64,000 bases of DNA from a virus (taxonomy: Duplodnaviria > Heunggongvirae > Uroviricota > Caudoviricetes), in IMG/VR virus record IMGVR_UViG_3300021255_000128, positions 1 to 64,000 of that record; one strand, given 5' to 3'. Position numbers and translations under genes: made by a program. The notes beneath the pieces were generated by a model that saw only the letters and a list, made by a program, of their open reading frames with translations, made no database searches and was not told where the DNA came from. Below are positions 28,626-39,135 of this stretch, in pieces (position 1 is the first letter of the stretch; each line of letters begins with the position of its first letter).

Positions 28626-29345
28626 ATGGAACTAAAATATTTGAATTACGATACTACGTATTCTGTAAATGTAAACGGACGCCAATACAATTTTAACCAC
28701 GAAGCGTGTTTTAGTGATGTATTCAAAAGAATAACTATTACATGTAATGATTTGTGTGTTTATACAATTTGGATAAACCGTTCAGAAGAATATGTAAGAA
28801 GTAGTAACCATGATAATTATTGTTTTCTTACTCCAGAAGAACTTCGTAATCATATTAAAATAGTAAAAAGGCTTTTTGATTTTAAGTATTCTATTAAAGC
28901 TTTTGAAGATCATTATGAAGTAACGATAACAATACAAGGTCCAAAAATACGACATAAATATCTACTTACTTGGATTAGATATACGTACGAATGTCCAATG
29001 AATGTAATGTTTGTTGATATAAATCTACTTAAAAAGGAAAAATTATTTAAGTTTACATCTAAGGCAAACTTATTCTTATTACTTTCTTATGCAAGTGGAA
29101 GTTGGCACCATTATAGAGACATTCATTGTATACCAGAAGGTAATTCTGGTAGATTTTTAACCAATGACGAATTGGCAAATCGTCTTTTCAAGAAGATTTG
29201 TTTAAATGACATTTATACTGGTTCATATAATTTTAGATTTAATGTTCCTGCAGTCTATGACACGGATATAAACAAAATTATTAATACTTATCCAGAACGT
29301 CGTAGTATTTACATAGATAAATATTTAAAATATATAAAGAAATGA
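28626..29345 (+). CDS. hypothetical protein
   Basis: Start refined to the ATG at 28626. TGA stop overlaps the next start (ATGA). Confidence 0.5.
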   Translation: MELKYLNYDTTYSVNVNGRQYNFNHEACFSDVFKRITITCNDLCVYTIWINRSEEYVRSSNHDNYCFLTPEELRNHIKIVKRLFDFKYSIKAFEDHYEVTITIQGPKIRHKYLLTWIRYTYECPMNVMFVDINLLKKEKLFKFTSKANLFLLLSYASGSWHHYRDIHCIPEGNSGRFLTNDELANRLFKKICLNDIYTGSYNFRFNVPAVYDTDINKIINTYPERRSIYIDKYLKYIKK

Positions 29346-29956
29346 AAGTTTATGTAGTTGGTCCTGCAACACACTATACAAACTTTATGTCGAATGTAGA
29401 ATTAACAGACGATATAAAAAAGGCAAAAGTAATTCTTTTTACAGGTGGAGAAGATGTAGATCCATCTATCTACGGTAAAAGAAAACATCCAGAAACGCAT
29501 AGTAATCTTAAACGAGATCTTAAAGAAAAAGAAATCTTTGAAAAGATTCGTCCTGATCAACTAGCTGTGGGAGTCTGCCGTGGATCTCAGCTTCTCTGTG
29601 CTTTAAATGGTGGAAATCTTGTTCAGGATTGTAGTGGACACGCACTATATACAACACACCCTATCTATAGTTTTGAAGGAGACATGGTCTATGAAATAAC
29701 GTCTACACATCATCAGATGCAATATCCTTTTGATTTACCTAATAATGAATATCAAATTTTGTATTATGGTGTAGATGGAAGAGATTTTCGAGGTGATGGT
29801 ATTGACAGTAGATATTTAAATGGATGTAATCCCGAAATTGTTTTATACAAAAGACCTGGATTACCTAAATGTCTTGCAATTCAAGGACATCCTGAAATGA
29901 TTCCAAATAGTCCTGTTGCAAAAATGTTAGATAAATTAATCAAATCATTATGTTAA
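29342..29956 (+). CDS. class-I glutamine amidotransferase-like / peptidase C26 (gamma-glutamyl hydrolase-like)
   Basis: Nucleophile elbow GVCRGSQLL and C-terminal QGHPE (His-Glu) motif typical of GATase1/C26. Confidence 0.65.
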   Translation: MKVYVVGPATHYTNFMSNVELTDDIKKAKVILFTGGEDVDPSIYGKRKHPETHSNLKRDLKEKEIFEKIRPDQLAVGVCRGSQLLCALNGGNLVQDCSGHALYTTHPIYSFEGDMVYEITSTHHQMQYPFDLPNNEYQILYYGVDGRDFRGDGIDSRYLNGCNPEIVLYKRPGLPKCLAIQGHPEMIPNSPVAKMLDKLIKSLC

Positions 29957-30741
29957 TTACAGATTTTACAATTGGAGCTGATCCAGAATTATTTATTGTT
30001 AATTCTAAAACTGGAAAGGTTGTATCATCAATTGGATTGATTCCTGGTGTTAAGGGAGATCCTTATGTTGATGAATGTATGCCTAGAGGATTTGGCCTTG
30101 AAACAGATAATATTCTTGCAGAATTTAACATCCCTGTTTGTAAGACTAAAGAAGAATTTGTCAATAGTATAGAGTGGATGAAGAATTATATTCGTAGTTT
30201 CATTCAAGCTAAAGATCCAGATCTTGATATTAAATGTTCTGCAAGTGAAATAGTTGATGATGATCAACTTCAGAGTGATGAGGCAAAACTTTTTGGATGT
30301 TCTATAGATTATAATGTTTATACAGAGTCTGCAAATCCTAAACCGAAGGGCGAAACAACTAATCTTAGAAGTGCAGGAATGCATATTCATTGTGGGTATG
30401 ATGGATATAATACGAATACATCATTAGAGTTAATTAGGTTATTTGATTTGTTTATTGGAGTCCCTTCTGTACTTTTTGATGAAGATAAACGAAGAAGAGA
30501 TCTTTATGGAAAAGCTGGAGCATTTAGACTTACACCATATGGGTTTGAATATCGAGTACTTTCTAGTTACATGATGTCTTCTGTAGAACTTCTGGAGAAA
30601 GTATGGGCTCAAATTATTCATGCACTATATGCATTTAATCATGGAATTAGATGTAGAGATACTAATTCTGTAATTAATGCAATAAATAATAGTGATAAAA
30701 AATTAGCAAAATTACTTTGCACAAAATATAATCTTTTATAA
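29950..30741 (+). CDS. putative amidoligase-like protein (GS/GCS2-like fold)
   Basis: IGADPELF, GLETDN..AEFNIP, AGMHIHCG and GFEYRV motifs parallel those of the 32003 gene. Confidence 0.4.
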   Translation: MLITDFTIGADPELFIVNSKTGKVVSSIGLIPGVKGDPYVDECMPRGFGLETDNILAEFNIPVCKTKEEFVNSIEWMKNYIRSFIQAKDPDLDIKCSASEIVDDDQLQSDEAKLFGCSIDYNVYTESANPKPKGETTNLRSAGMHIHCGYDGYNTNTSLELIRLFDLFIGVPSVLFDEDKRRRDLYGKAGAFRLTPYGFEYRVLSSYMMSSVELLEKVWAQIIHALYAFNHGIRCRDTNSVINAINNSDKKLAKLLCTKYNLL

Positions 30742-30743
30742 AA

Positions 30744-32015
30744 ATGTGTGGAATATTTGGTATTGTTAGAGAACATCCTGCACAATTTGATTATTCTACG
30801 TTTTGCACACTAGGTATTGCCAACGATTCAAGAGGTGGTGATTCATGTGGTGTATTTATTGATGGAAGTGTTGAGTATGGTATAAAAGATGAGAAGTTAT
30901 TTCAAGACTTTTTTACAAAGAGTGTAGTTTTACAAAATACACATTATTCAACAATTGCATTAGGCCATTGTAGAAAAGCTTCGATCGGAGCAATTAATAT
31001 GAGCACCGCTCAACCAGTTGTAATACAAAATGAAAATAATGAAACTGAATTTGTAGTTCTTCATAATGGAACTATTCATAACTATCAAGATCTTGCTGAA
31101 AAGTATATTCCTGATGTAGACATTAAAGGAATGACTGATAGTCAAGTAATGGCTAGGATCTTCTATTATAAAGGTTATGATGTTCTTGAAGAATATACAG
31201 GTGGTGCTGTATTTTTCATTGTAGATTATCGTGAAGATAAGCCGAGAATAATGTTCTTTAAAGGTGCTTCTAAGAAATACATTAGTGATTTGGAGCTTAC
31301 TGAAGAACGTCCATTATACTTCTGTATTACAGATGATGAAATGGTGTTTTCATCAATTCCCTCATACTTATTAGCACTTCGACCTGATGCAATTTTGTAT
31401 ACTCCTGCAGAAAATGTTCTTGGCGAATTCAAAAACGGAAAACCTGTTGCTATTAAAAAGTATGATCGTAGTGACTGTTTACAACAGAAACTAGGAGGTT
31501 ATTATAATACAACACCTGTAGCAAAATATATGGATTATTTGATGTATAATGCTAATGGATGTTTTCATACAGTTTCCTTCAAAAGAATTAGTGGTGAATA
31601 CTTTATATCAAGTTGGGGTGGTGTATATGAAGGTAAACCTGGTTATTTAGCAACTGAAAAGTTATATCTATTTAACGGTATTCCATTTTTTGATAAGAAA
31701 TATTATGATTTTGTATGTAAATATTTCAGGAAGTCAAATAAAGATATAGATGAATTTACAAAAGACAATGAATACTTAATTAGATATTTAAGTGTTTATC
31801 GTTTATATGTAAAGGATGGAGTTTTATATCTTTTAAAGGAACCTGATATATTAGAACCGTATACGGGTGATTTATCTCCTATTGGGGGTACCAGAACAAG
31901 AAAATATAAAAACGGAACATTTGTTTGTGAGATATATGAACCATATCATCACCCAACAAATAATAGCGTTACAGAAGTAAACTTAAAAGCACTTAAAAAC
32001 TTATGGAAGCTATAA
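30744..32015 (+). CDS. class-II (Ntn) glutamine amidotransferase domain protein with unknown C-terminal domain
   Basis: N-terminal MCGIFG with catalytic Cys2 and a GAT-II-like core. No PP-loop SGGxDS seen, so not asparagine-synthase or QueC-like. Confidence 0.65.
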   Translation: MCGIFGIVREHPAQFDYSTFCTLGIANDSRGGDSCGVFIDGSVEYGIKDEKLFQDFFTKSVVLQNTHYSTIALGHCRKASIGAINMSTAQPVVIQNENNETEFVVLHNGTIHNYQDLAEKYIPDVDIKGMTDSQVMARIFYYKGYDVLEEYTGGAVFFIVDYREDKPRIMFFKGASKKYISDLELTEERPLYFCITDDEMVFSSIPSYLLALRPDAILYTPAENVLGEFKNGKPVAIKKYDRSDCLQQKLGGYYNTTPVAKYMDYLMYNANGCFHTVSFKRISGEYFISSWGGVYEGKPGYLATEKLYLFNGIPFFDKKYYDFVCKYFRKSNKDIDEFTKDNEYLIRYLSVYRLYVKDGVLYLLKEPDILEPYTGDLSPIGGTRTRKYKNGTFVCEIYEPYHHPTNNSVTEVNLKALKNLWKL

Positions 32016-33232
32016 ACGAGTTTACTGGATTAAAAATCTCTAGTCGAATTGTTCGATTTGTAACAGACATTGTAGAAAATATTCTAATTTATGGATATAC
32101 AAATTCATCTAAAGATTTAAGTGAGGGGTTGTTTATCATGGCTGATGGAAACTCTGTCACATCATATTATGATCCTAATCACTTACACTTAGATTGGAGT
32201 CCATATTTTCAGAAGTATTACTGTCTTTTATATGATTGTAAAGATAATCCCAGTTTCTTAATTGATGTATCTAAGTCATTAAAACCTGGAGTATACAGTT
32301 ATTCCTTTGAACGAAAATACGAAGCTGTTCAAAACTTTAAATTGTTTGATAATAAACAATTGAAGATTGAATCGGAAGAATTTCCTATCGCAAAGCATGT
32401 TAAACGTACAATTGGAATAGAATTTGAAACATCTTTGGGATATATTTCAGAAAGAGACTGTTTTAATTATGGATTAATTCCATTAAGAGATGGTTCTATT
32501 TCAGGAATTGAATATTCAACTGTTATATTACAAGGAAACTCCGGATTTAATCTTTTAAAGAAACAGTTAGATTTACTTCGAAATTATACTCATTTTAATA
32601 AAGAGTGCTCACTTCATATTCATTTTGGTAATTTCCCTCTTGATGTAACCAAGATATCTCGACTTTACTCAATATTGTTGAGAATTCAAGACCAGATGGA
32701 ATGGTATGTTCCAGCATTAACATTCCGTACAAATGAATATAAAGCAAATGGAAAATCTTATTGTAAGAAATTGCCTGAATTTGCTAGCTTTGATCAAATG
32801 TTTTATAATTTTACAAGTATGGCATTTTTCGGGAGTTTTGTACAACCACATCCAGATGATTTAACTAGAACTCATAAGTGGAATGTTCACTCTCGTTATT
32901 ATTGGTGTAATTTTGTAAATCTTCTGTGCTACAATGTTAATAAGACAGTAGAGTTTAGATTTTTACGTCCAACTTATAATCTTGAGAAGATATTGACTTG
33001 GATTTATATTCTTAATGGTATTTTAACTTATGCGGAAGGTAACGGTAAAATACAGGGTATTGATTTAAAATATATCTTGAATTCTGTTTATCCTACTGAT
33101 ACTGCAAACATACTACATTATGAATGTACAAAGTTAGTATCTCTTCAGAAAGCTCAATATGATAATGGCGATTTGATTGGTGCAGATCTTACGTTAGAGA
33201 ATAGATTTTTTGAATCTAATAAAATTATTTAA
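32003..33232 (+). CDS. putative amidoligase (Amidoligase_2/GCS2-like)
   Basis: TIGIEFET, RDGSISGIEYST, ECSLHIHFG and TVEFRFL motifs resemble glutamine-synthetase-like COOH-NH2 ligases. Confidence 0.5.
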   Translation: MEAINEFTGLKISSRIVRFVTDIVENILIYGYTNSSKDLSEGLFIMADGNSVTSYYDPNHLHLDWSPYFQKYYCLLYDCKDNPSFLIDVSKSLKPGVYSYSFERKYEAVQNFKLFDNKQLKIESEEFPIAKHVKRTIGIEFETSLGYISERDCFNYGLIPLRDGSISGIEYSTVILQGNSGFNLLKKQLDLLRNYTHFNKECSLHIHFGNFPLDVTKISRLYSILLRIQDQMEWYVPALTFRTNEYKANGKSYCKKLPEFASFDQMFYNFTSMAFFGSFVQPHPDDLTRTHKWNVHSRYYWCNFVNLLCYNVNKTVEFRFLRPTYNLEKILTWIYILNGILTYAEGNGKIQGIDLKYILNSVYPTDTANILHYECTKLVSLQKAQYDNGDLIGADLTLENRFFESNKII

Positions 33233-33254
33233 TATGTACTGATTTTGATAGTAT

Positions 33255-33305
33255 AGCGCATCGTTTTATGGTAACTTTAAGAGGTTCGAATCCTTTGATG
33301 CGCTC
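33255..33305 (+). ncRNA. mini tRNA-like element (acceptor-like stem enclosing a T-arm-like hairpin; no anticodon arm)
   Basis: AGCGCATC ... GATGCGCT 8-bp stem. Internal AGAGG-TTCGAAT-CCTTT. Confidence 0.35.
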
Positions 33306-33322
33306 TAATTTATTTTATAATT

Positions 33323-33592
33323 ATGGAAAAAAGTATGTTTTTTAAAGCGGGACTTATAATAGTCTTACTTTTGGTAATTTGTTATTGTATTGCAATCCCT
33401 ATTGTAAAAGAAAGAGAAAAAGCTTCTCAATTTTATAACGTTGTATATCATACCGGTGATATAAGTATTGAATACAACGATGTAACAAACCTATATTATG
33501 ATAAAGTTGGAATATATTTTACAACTTGTGATAGTACAACTGTTATATTAAGTGGAGGAGCTGTTGAGATTATACCTTTAGATTTAGATTAA
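33323..33592 (+). CDS. small membrane-anchored protein
   Basis: N-terminal hydrophobic helix. Confidence 0.4.
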   Translation: MEKSMFFKAGLIIVLLLVICYCIAIPIVKEREKASQFYNVVYHTGDISIEYNDVTNLYYDKVGIYFTTCDSTTVILSGGAVEIIPLDLD

Positions 33593-33594
33593 TT

Positions 33595-34209
33595 ATGATA
33601 ACAAAATTTAGTGGAAATAATTTATTTCTGACTTCAGATACACATTTCGGACATCAAAATATCCTTAGATTATGCGAACGTCCGTTTGATACAATAGAAG
33701 AACACGATCAAAAACTTATTGAAAATTGGAATTCTGTTGTAGGTCCAGAAGATACTGTATTCCATCTTGGAGATTTCTGTTTTGGTGGAGCTCAAAAATG
33801 GAAAGAGATACGTGACCAATTAAATGGTCATATAATTCTTATCTTGGGTAATCACGACATTAAGAATGCATCTCAAGGTATGTTAACGATGTTTGATTAT
33901 GTGTCCCAACAAATGCGAATTCAAATAGATGGTAGGAATGTTTATTTGAATCATTTTCCGTTTCTAACATTTGCTCATTGGAATCCAGAGGTGTATCAAC
34001 GTGATGCATTAACTTTTGCACTTTCTGGACATACTCATATTCGTAAGGGTAATACCGGATTTGATGCACAATTCACTTCTTTATATAAACCTACGCAATA
34101 TGATGTAGGTGTTGATTTAAATGATTACAAACCTGTTCCTTGGAAAGAGGTTAATAGGCGAATTCAATATCAAATAGATCATCATTGTAATTTGACTAAT
34201 TGGATGTAA
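33595..34209 (+). CDS. calcineurin-like metallophosphoesterase
   Basis: SDTHFGH, GDF and GNHD motifs. Confidence 0.7.
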   Translation: MITKFSGNNLFLTSDTHFGHQNILRLCERPFDTIEEHDQKLIENWNSVVGPEDTVFHLGDFCFGGAQKWKEIRDQLNGHIILILGNHDIKNASQGMLTMFDYVSQQMRIQIDGRNVYLNHFPFLTFAHWNPEVYQRDALTFALSGHTHIRKGNTGFDAQFTSLYKPTQYDVGVDLNDYKPVPWKEVNRRIQYQIDHHCNLTNWM

Positions 34210-34646
34210 TTATGACCCAAGAAGAGAAAGAATTATTATTTAAAGATCTTTGTGCAAGATTACCTTATGGAGCTAAAGGATTACATAGAGGACAGGTTCA
34301 TGAACTTTTTACTATTGATGGTAGAGAAGTAAATAGTGCTTGTATACAAGTGGACGGTTATGATGCCTGGTTTCCTGTAGAAACATTCATACCATATCTT
34401 CGTCCAATGTCAAGTATGACTGAGGAAGAAAGAAAAGAATATGAATCATTTTTTAGTATTGGTGAATATTCTTGTGGAGGCTCTCTTTATGGAGAAGAAT
34501 ACGAATACATCAATGATGATTATGACGATATAATGCAATCAGTATCCTTGATAGATTGGCTTAATGCTCATCATTTCGACTATCGTGGATTGATTGAGAA
34601 ATCGTTGGCTATAATTGCTCCAGTAGATATATATAAAACTGAATAG
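34200..34646 (+). CDS. hypothetical acidic protein
   Basis: 148-aa ORF. Confidence 0.45.
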   Translation: MDVIMTQEEKELLFKDLCARLPYGAKGLHRGQVHELFTIDGREVNSACIQVDGYDAWFPVETFIPYLRPMSSMTEEERKEYESFFSIGEYSCGGSLYGEEYEYINDDYDDIMQSVSLIDWLNAHHFDYRGLIEKSLAIIAPVDIYKTE

Positions 34647-34648
34647 CT

Positions 34649-34864
34649 ATGATTAATAAGTTAACTCAAAGACACTGTTATGATAGTGTTGAGGATTACA
34701 AAAACTATGTAATCAAATGCCCATGTTGTGAAACTATCATGAATTTTGGAAAAGATGATGTATATAAAGATGAAGATGATATGTGTATTCATCATGAATA
34801 TATAGATTGTCCAGAATGTAATGAAAAGATTCAATTGGATGATGATTTTTATTTTGGATATTAG
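34649..34864 (+). CDS. small zinc-ribbon protein
   Basis: CPCC ... CPEC Cys pairs. Confidence 0.45.
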   Translation: MINKLTQRHCYDSVEDYKNYVIKCPCCETIMNFGKDDVYKDEDDMCIHHEYIDCPECNEKIQLDDDFYFGY

Positions 34865-34866
34865 AT

Positions 34867-35280
34867 ATGATTGTCGAAGATTACGTCTCTTTTGAAACCG
34901 CCAAATTATTGAAAGAGAAAGGGTTTGACTCTGAAAATGTAAGCGAGTTTGGCGGTTACTATTTTGATTACAATCATAACGGACAAAATGTGGGAATTGT
35001 TAATGAATCAATGATGCTTAATAAAACCCTTGAAGATTGGGAGTATTTACGTCCCACTCTCCAAATGGCAATGAAATGGTTGAGAGAAGTGTACAATGTC
35101 TTTATTGATATATCATCACGATTTTCTAAAAATGCAGATAAGGATGTGTGCTTCTCATATAGTTGTAAAAAACTTATAAGCACATATAAAAGCTCTTATG
35201 AAATTGGAGATGGAGAATGGCCGAATTATGAAGAAGCTTGTGAAGCTGCGATTAAATATTGTCTTGAAAAATTAATTTAG
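34867..35280 (+). CDS. hypothetical protein
   Basis: 137-aa ORF. Confidence 0.45.
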   Translation: MIVEDYVSFETAKLLKEKGFDSENVSEFGGYYFDYNHNGQNVGIVNESMMLNKTLEDWEYLRPTLQMAMKWLREVYNVFIDISSRFSKNADKDVCFSYSCKKLISTYKSSYEIGDGEWPNYEEACEAAIKYCLEKLI

Positions 35281-35282
35281 TT

Positions 35283-35654
35283 ATGACACGAGAAGAAGCA
35301 AGAAAACATCTTATAGACTGGATTAACTATGTTAATGATCCGAGCCTAGTAGCATTTATAAACGAACCGTGTAGTAGTGAGGAAATTTTAGAAGCTATGA
35401 TAATCGATGCAGAAGCTCTCTCTCAATATTCCCTTCCTGAAGATCTTGATGAAGCGGCAAATAGTTATGCTTCCAAAACAGAGTGTGCTGTTGTTGCGTG
35501 TAGAGGTTTTAAAGCTGGAGCTAAGTGGATGGCGTGGCAGGGATATATAAAAGAAGGAATTGCACGTCCAGATGATCGCGAAATCTGGGTTGATCTTACT
35601 GATACCGATATTAAAGATGGTGATAAAGTAATAGTTCAAATCCGAAAGAAATAA
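35283..35654 (+). CDS. hypothetical protein
   Basis: 123-aa ORF. Confidence 0.45.
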   Translation: MTREEARKHLIDWINYVNDPSLVAFINEPCSSEEILEAMIIDAEALSQYSLPEDLDEAANSYASKTECAVVACRGFKAGAKWMAWQGYIKEGIARPDDREIWVDLTDTDIKDGDKVIVQIRKK

Positions 35655-35656
35655 GC

Positions 35657-35839
35657 TATGAGTAACAATCCATACAAAGACTACTATGATGCTATGTCCA
35701 GCGGTGATGAATGGGCCGGCATTCGGGCAGTAAAAGCATCAAAAAGAATTAAGGAAATTAAAGAAATTGCTTCATGGAATGGTATCTCCGAAGAAGCAGT
35801 AATGGCCCAAATGTCAAACAACGAAATGGGAGGATAATA
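35657..35839 (+). CDS. hypothetical small protein
   Basis: 60-aa ORF (MSNNPYKDYYDAM...) found by hand translation. Not in the ORF track. Confidence 0.35.
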
Positions 35840-36453
35840 TGAAAATACCATTTGATATCAAATACCGTGACAAGATTGAGTCCGGTAAGTATAAGGTGAA
35901 GACCAGAGATGGATGTCCAGTAAGGATTATTTGTTGGGACAGAGTAGACGTTCAACCTGTTGTTGCCCTAATTAGTGGCAAAGACGGAACAGAATTTACC
36001 GGTGAATTCACGATAGAAGGAAACTATTGGCTAAGCAAAATGGAATCTCATAAAGATCTTTTCGTCGTAATCCAAGATCCTGAGATGAGCAAGTTTGAGA
36101 AGGCAGTATCAAAATATCGTCCTCAGTCAGATACTTTGGAAACCATTCAACGCATTGCCGCTGAACTTCTTTCCCTTGCACGGAATGAATTTAATAAACA
36201 GATAGAGAACGATTATCGAGAAATTATTCACAATGCCTATGAAAAAGGTAAAACTGATACCTTGAGGGACTTGCCGAGGTGGAAGATTTGGAGTAATGGT
36301 GCCTGTGGGAATAGTGAAGGGTATCCAATTGCACTTGTTCATCGAGGTTGTGGATTTAATTTAGTCAGTACCCTTGGTATTGACGGAGAGAAGTACATAA
36401 TGCTTTCTGATCTTGAGAAATTACCCGGATTTAAGGAGGAAAACCATGAGTAG
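35839..36453 (+). CDS. hypothetical protein
   Basis: 204-aa ORF. Confidence 0.5.
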   Translation: MKIPFDIKYRDKIESGKYKVKTRDGCPVRIICWDRVDVQPVVALISGKDGTEFTGEFTIEGNYWLSKMESHKDLFVVIQDPEMSKFEKAVSKYRPQSDTLETIQRIAAELLSLARNEFNKQIENDYREIIHNAYEKGKTDTLRDLPRWKIWSNGACGNSEGYPIALVHRGCGFNLVSTLGIDGEKYIMLSDLEKLPGFKEENHE

Positions 36454-36664
36454 AGCAGAAGACGCAGCATTTAAGGCTGAATCTGGAACATCTTATAGCG
36501 AACGTGTTTATCGCGATGCTTTTCTTGATGGCTATGAGCAGTCCAATAAAGACGTCATATCCCTCATCGAATCCCGCATCGGAGAAATCCTGGGGGATGC
36601 CCAGCCAGCTCCGGTCTTAAGAGCAGAATTAAGAGAACTGATCAATAAAATCAAAGAGAAATGA
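36450..36664 (+). CDS. hypothetical small protein
   Basis: Start refined to MSRAEDAA. Confidence 0.4.
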
Positions 36665-37089
36665 AAGCAAAATTATTAAACCATCTCACTGTTGGCATGC
36701 TCAATATAGTTGGCGACTATGGACATGTTATTCCAGACGAAGAAGTCGAGGTGTTGTGTGGTCCGTTCATATCGACAATCGGTAATTCTCCGATGCTTGC
36801 TTGGTGTCTTTGCGAAGCGAAAGATGGACGTAAATACTACATAGAAGCGACAAATCTTCAAAAGTTAGAACCTTCACTGGAAGATTGGACAAAAGGTGTC
36901 GGGAAGATATTCTCCACACCTGTCGATTTGGACGCTTTTCGCAGGGAGGCGGCTAAAGACATACTTGCAGGATTTGCCGGATCAGTAATGAGGGATGATG
37001 AAATTCTTGAAGATAAAACGGTCAAAGACCTCGTTAAAACTGCGGTAATGTGGACCGACGAACTAATCAAACAGCTTAAAGAAAAATAA
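36661..37089 (+). CDS. hypothetical protein
   Basis: 142-aa ORF. Confidence 0.45.
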   Translation: MKAKLLNHLTVGMLNIVGDYGHVIPDEEVEVLCGPFISTIGNSPMLAWCLCEAKDGRKYYIEATNLQKLEPSLEDWTKGVGKIFSTPVDLDAFRREAAKDILAGFAGSVMRDDEILEDKTVKDLVKTAVMWTDELIKQLKEK

Positions 37090-37597
37090 TTTTTTTATTT
37101 CAATCTTTTTAGTTATATTTGTATGAATTTTTCAACGTTTTCTAAATCGTCATTAATAGCATACCTTAAATATTTTACAACAATGCTATGTCATAAAGAA
37201 GACAAAAATGTAATTAACTTTTTAGAAGATTGTAAAAAAGAATTAAGTAAAAGAAATTAACCTGGCAAGGTTGCATACGTTCAATAGCGTATTATGTTTA
37301 AAACCATTCCGTAGTATAATCAACACAATATTGTTGAGGACGTAAGCCAGACAACGGAAAAAAGGGCTATAATAAGAGTAGAAACCTGAGCCCTTGAACC
37401 TGACTCGCTGGAGGGAGTACGTACGGGAAACCTCAAAACTTTAATCCAGTTGAAAGGTGACAGACCACGGGGTAATTCCCTAGGAGTGCAGTAGACTACT
37501 AAACGTTTTAACTGGTGTGTATGGGACTGGGTAGACCATACTCCGTAATTATTGTAAATCGGACGTAATATCAGACCGCGTAAGAGTCTGGTTTTAA

Positions 37598-37682
37598 CTC
37601 CCAGTGGCGCAATTGGCGAGACGCGCATGTCTTAGGAACATGTACATTAGAAACACTGTAAGTCCGAATCTTACCTGGGAGA
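37598..37682 (+). tRNA. tRNA-Leu (anticodon TAG), type II
   Basis: Acceptor CTCCCAG/CTGGGAG-A, D GCG-CAATTGGCGAGA-CGC, anticodon stem CATGT/ACATG with loop CTTAGGA, long variable arm, T GTAAG-TCCGAAT-CTTAC. Confidence 0.7.
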
Positions 37683-37697
37683 CAAATATTTAATAAT

Positions 37698-38318
37698 ATG
37701 AAAATAGTTGATAATTTTGATCTCTTTCGAGAGAAAATGAATTGGAATTCACCCGATGAATTCTATTTCGTACAAATTCTTATTAGAGGAAAAGATGGAC
37801 ATACGGAACCAGGAGTAAATGGGAATAATAAGAATAGATTGATTAAGATTTATACGGTTAGATCTTTAGAGGATTTAAATAAGTTTGAACCTGAAATTAA
37901 ATCTATTTGTGAAGCCATTAATGGGAGAGCGTATATCCATCCTACTAAAAGGAGTTTTAATGAAGTTGCAGATGAATGTTTACGTGTAACTACTGATGTT
38001 TATCTTTCTAAAACAAATAATGTAGGATTAAAAGCAGCATATTCTACAGCTTGCGGAAAATCATTTATATCATCTGATAAGAAATTTATTATTGATTTGG
38101 ATGACGACGATGTTAATAAAAAAGATGAAATTATTGAATTTATAGAATATCATTGTGAACCATTTAATTGTATAAAATATCAATATGATGTTCCAACTGC
38201 ACACGGTATTCATTTAATAACGCGTGCGTTTAATCGTCAGAAATTTTGTGAGCATTTTCCAGGAATAGATGTTCATACAAATAATCCGACATTGCTATAC
38301 TTTAAATGTTTAAATTAA
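37698..38318 (+). CDS. hypothetical protein
   Basis: 206-aa ORF. Confidence 0.5.
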   Translation: MKIVDNFDLFREKMNWNSPDEFYFVQILIRGKDGHTEPGVNGNNKNRLIKIYTVRSLEDLNKFEPEIKSICEAINGRAYIHPTKRSFNEVADECLRVTTDVYLSKTNNVGLKAAYSTACGKSFISSDKKFIIDLDDDDVNKKDEIIEFIEYHCEPFNCIKYQYDVPTAHGIHLITRAFNRQKFCEHFPGIDVHTNNPTLLYFKCLN

Positions 38319-38759
38319 TCTCCTAACAATATAAGGCACTTACAATACAAAATTGCTATTGATTCGATCAATTACTTAATATTTAACAACTCTATGCTGG
38401 TCATAGCGTGCGACACGCGTTAGTTTCCGTATCTAAAATACGTTATTTAAGTGGCTTGTAAGTGAAAAGTAACTTTCAGTGCCTTTTTAGATTTATTTTA
38501 ACAATATTTTTAAATCAAATGCCTAAGGTATCTGATTATGAACTTGAACATTTATCTGATAATGAATCTAATTTTCAGAAAGTTCGTAGTAAAAAACCTA
38601 AATCTTTAAAAGAACCAAAATACCCGGATAAAAAGAAAAATCGGGAAAAGAAAATTGACTTTTGAGATTTAGAAGAAAAAGAGTTTTAAAAGTTAATGAT
38701 ACATACAAATAAAAATCATTTATATTGCATTAATATTACTTGATTTGTATCATAAATAT

Positions 38760-38831
38760 GTGGTTGTTACGCCAGTGGTAAGCGGACAGATTGTGGCTCT
38801 GTTGAGATCGGTTCGATTCCGATACAATCAC
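38760..38831 (+). tRNA. tRNA-His (anticodon GTG) with G-1
   Basis: Extra 5' G pairs with discriminator C. Anticodon stem ACAGA/TCTGT with loop TTGTGGC. T ATCGG-TTCGATT-CCGAT. Confidence 0.75.
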
Positions 38832-38853
38832 CCAATCATTAAATTAAAGTTAT

Positions 38854-39135
38854 ATGTTTGAAAAAATAAAAAATATATTTAAATATAAAGAACCTGTAAA
38901 ATCTACACCTCTTAAAACATTGAGAGATGTAGATTTTTTTGATACTGTTTGGGTTAAAGATAAATCTGGAATTGTTTATGAAGGTTGGATTTATGATAAG
39001 ACTAGAAAGCATCTTATCGTAACAGCTGTTACAGAGGAAGGTATATATAAAGACTATCGATTTATTACAAATAAATGTAATAGAACTGTAACAGAAATTG
39101 AACAAAATCATAATATTTTATATTTTAACAAATAA
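38854..39135 (+). CDS. hypothetical small protein
   Basis: 93-aa ORF. Confidence 0.4.
   Translation: MFEKIKNIFKYKEPVKSTPLKTLRDVDFFDTVWVKDKSGIVYEGWIYDKTRKHLIVTAVTEEGIYKDYRFITNKCNRTVTEIEQNHNILYFNK

Noticed and set aside
37320-37628. 102-aa minus-strand ORF
   Set aside because: It overlaps tRNA-Leu and a structured GC-richer non-coding region. No coding signal. The region 37320-37597 itself has R-like CAGTAGACTACTAAA, but I could not find a matching P7 partner, so it is not called a group I intron.
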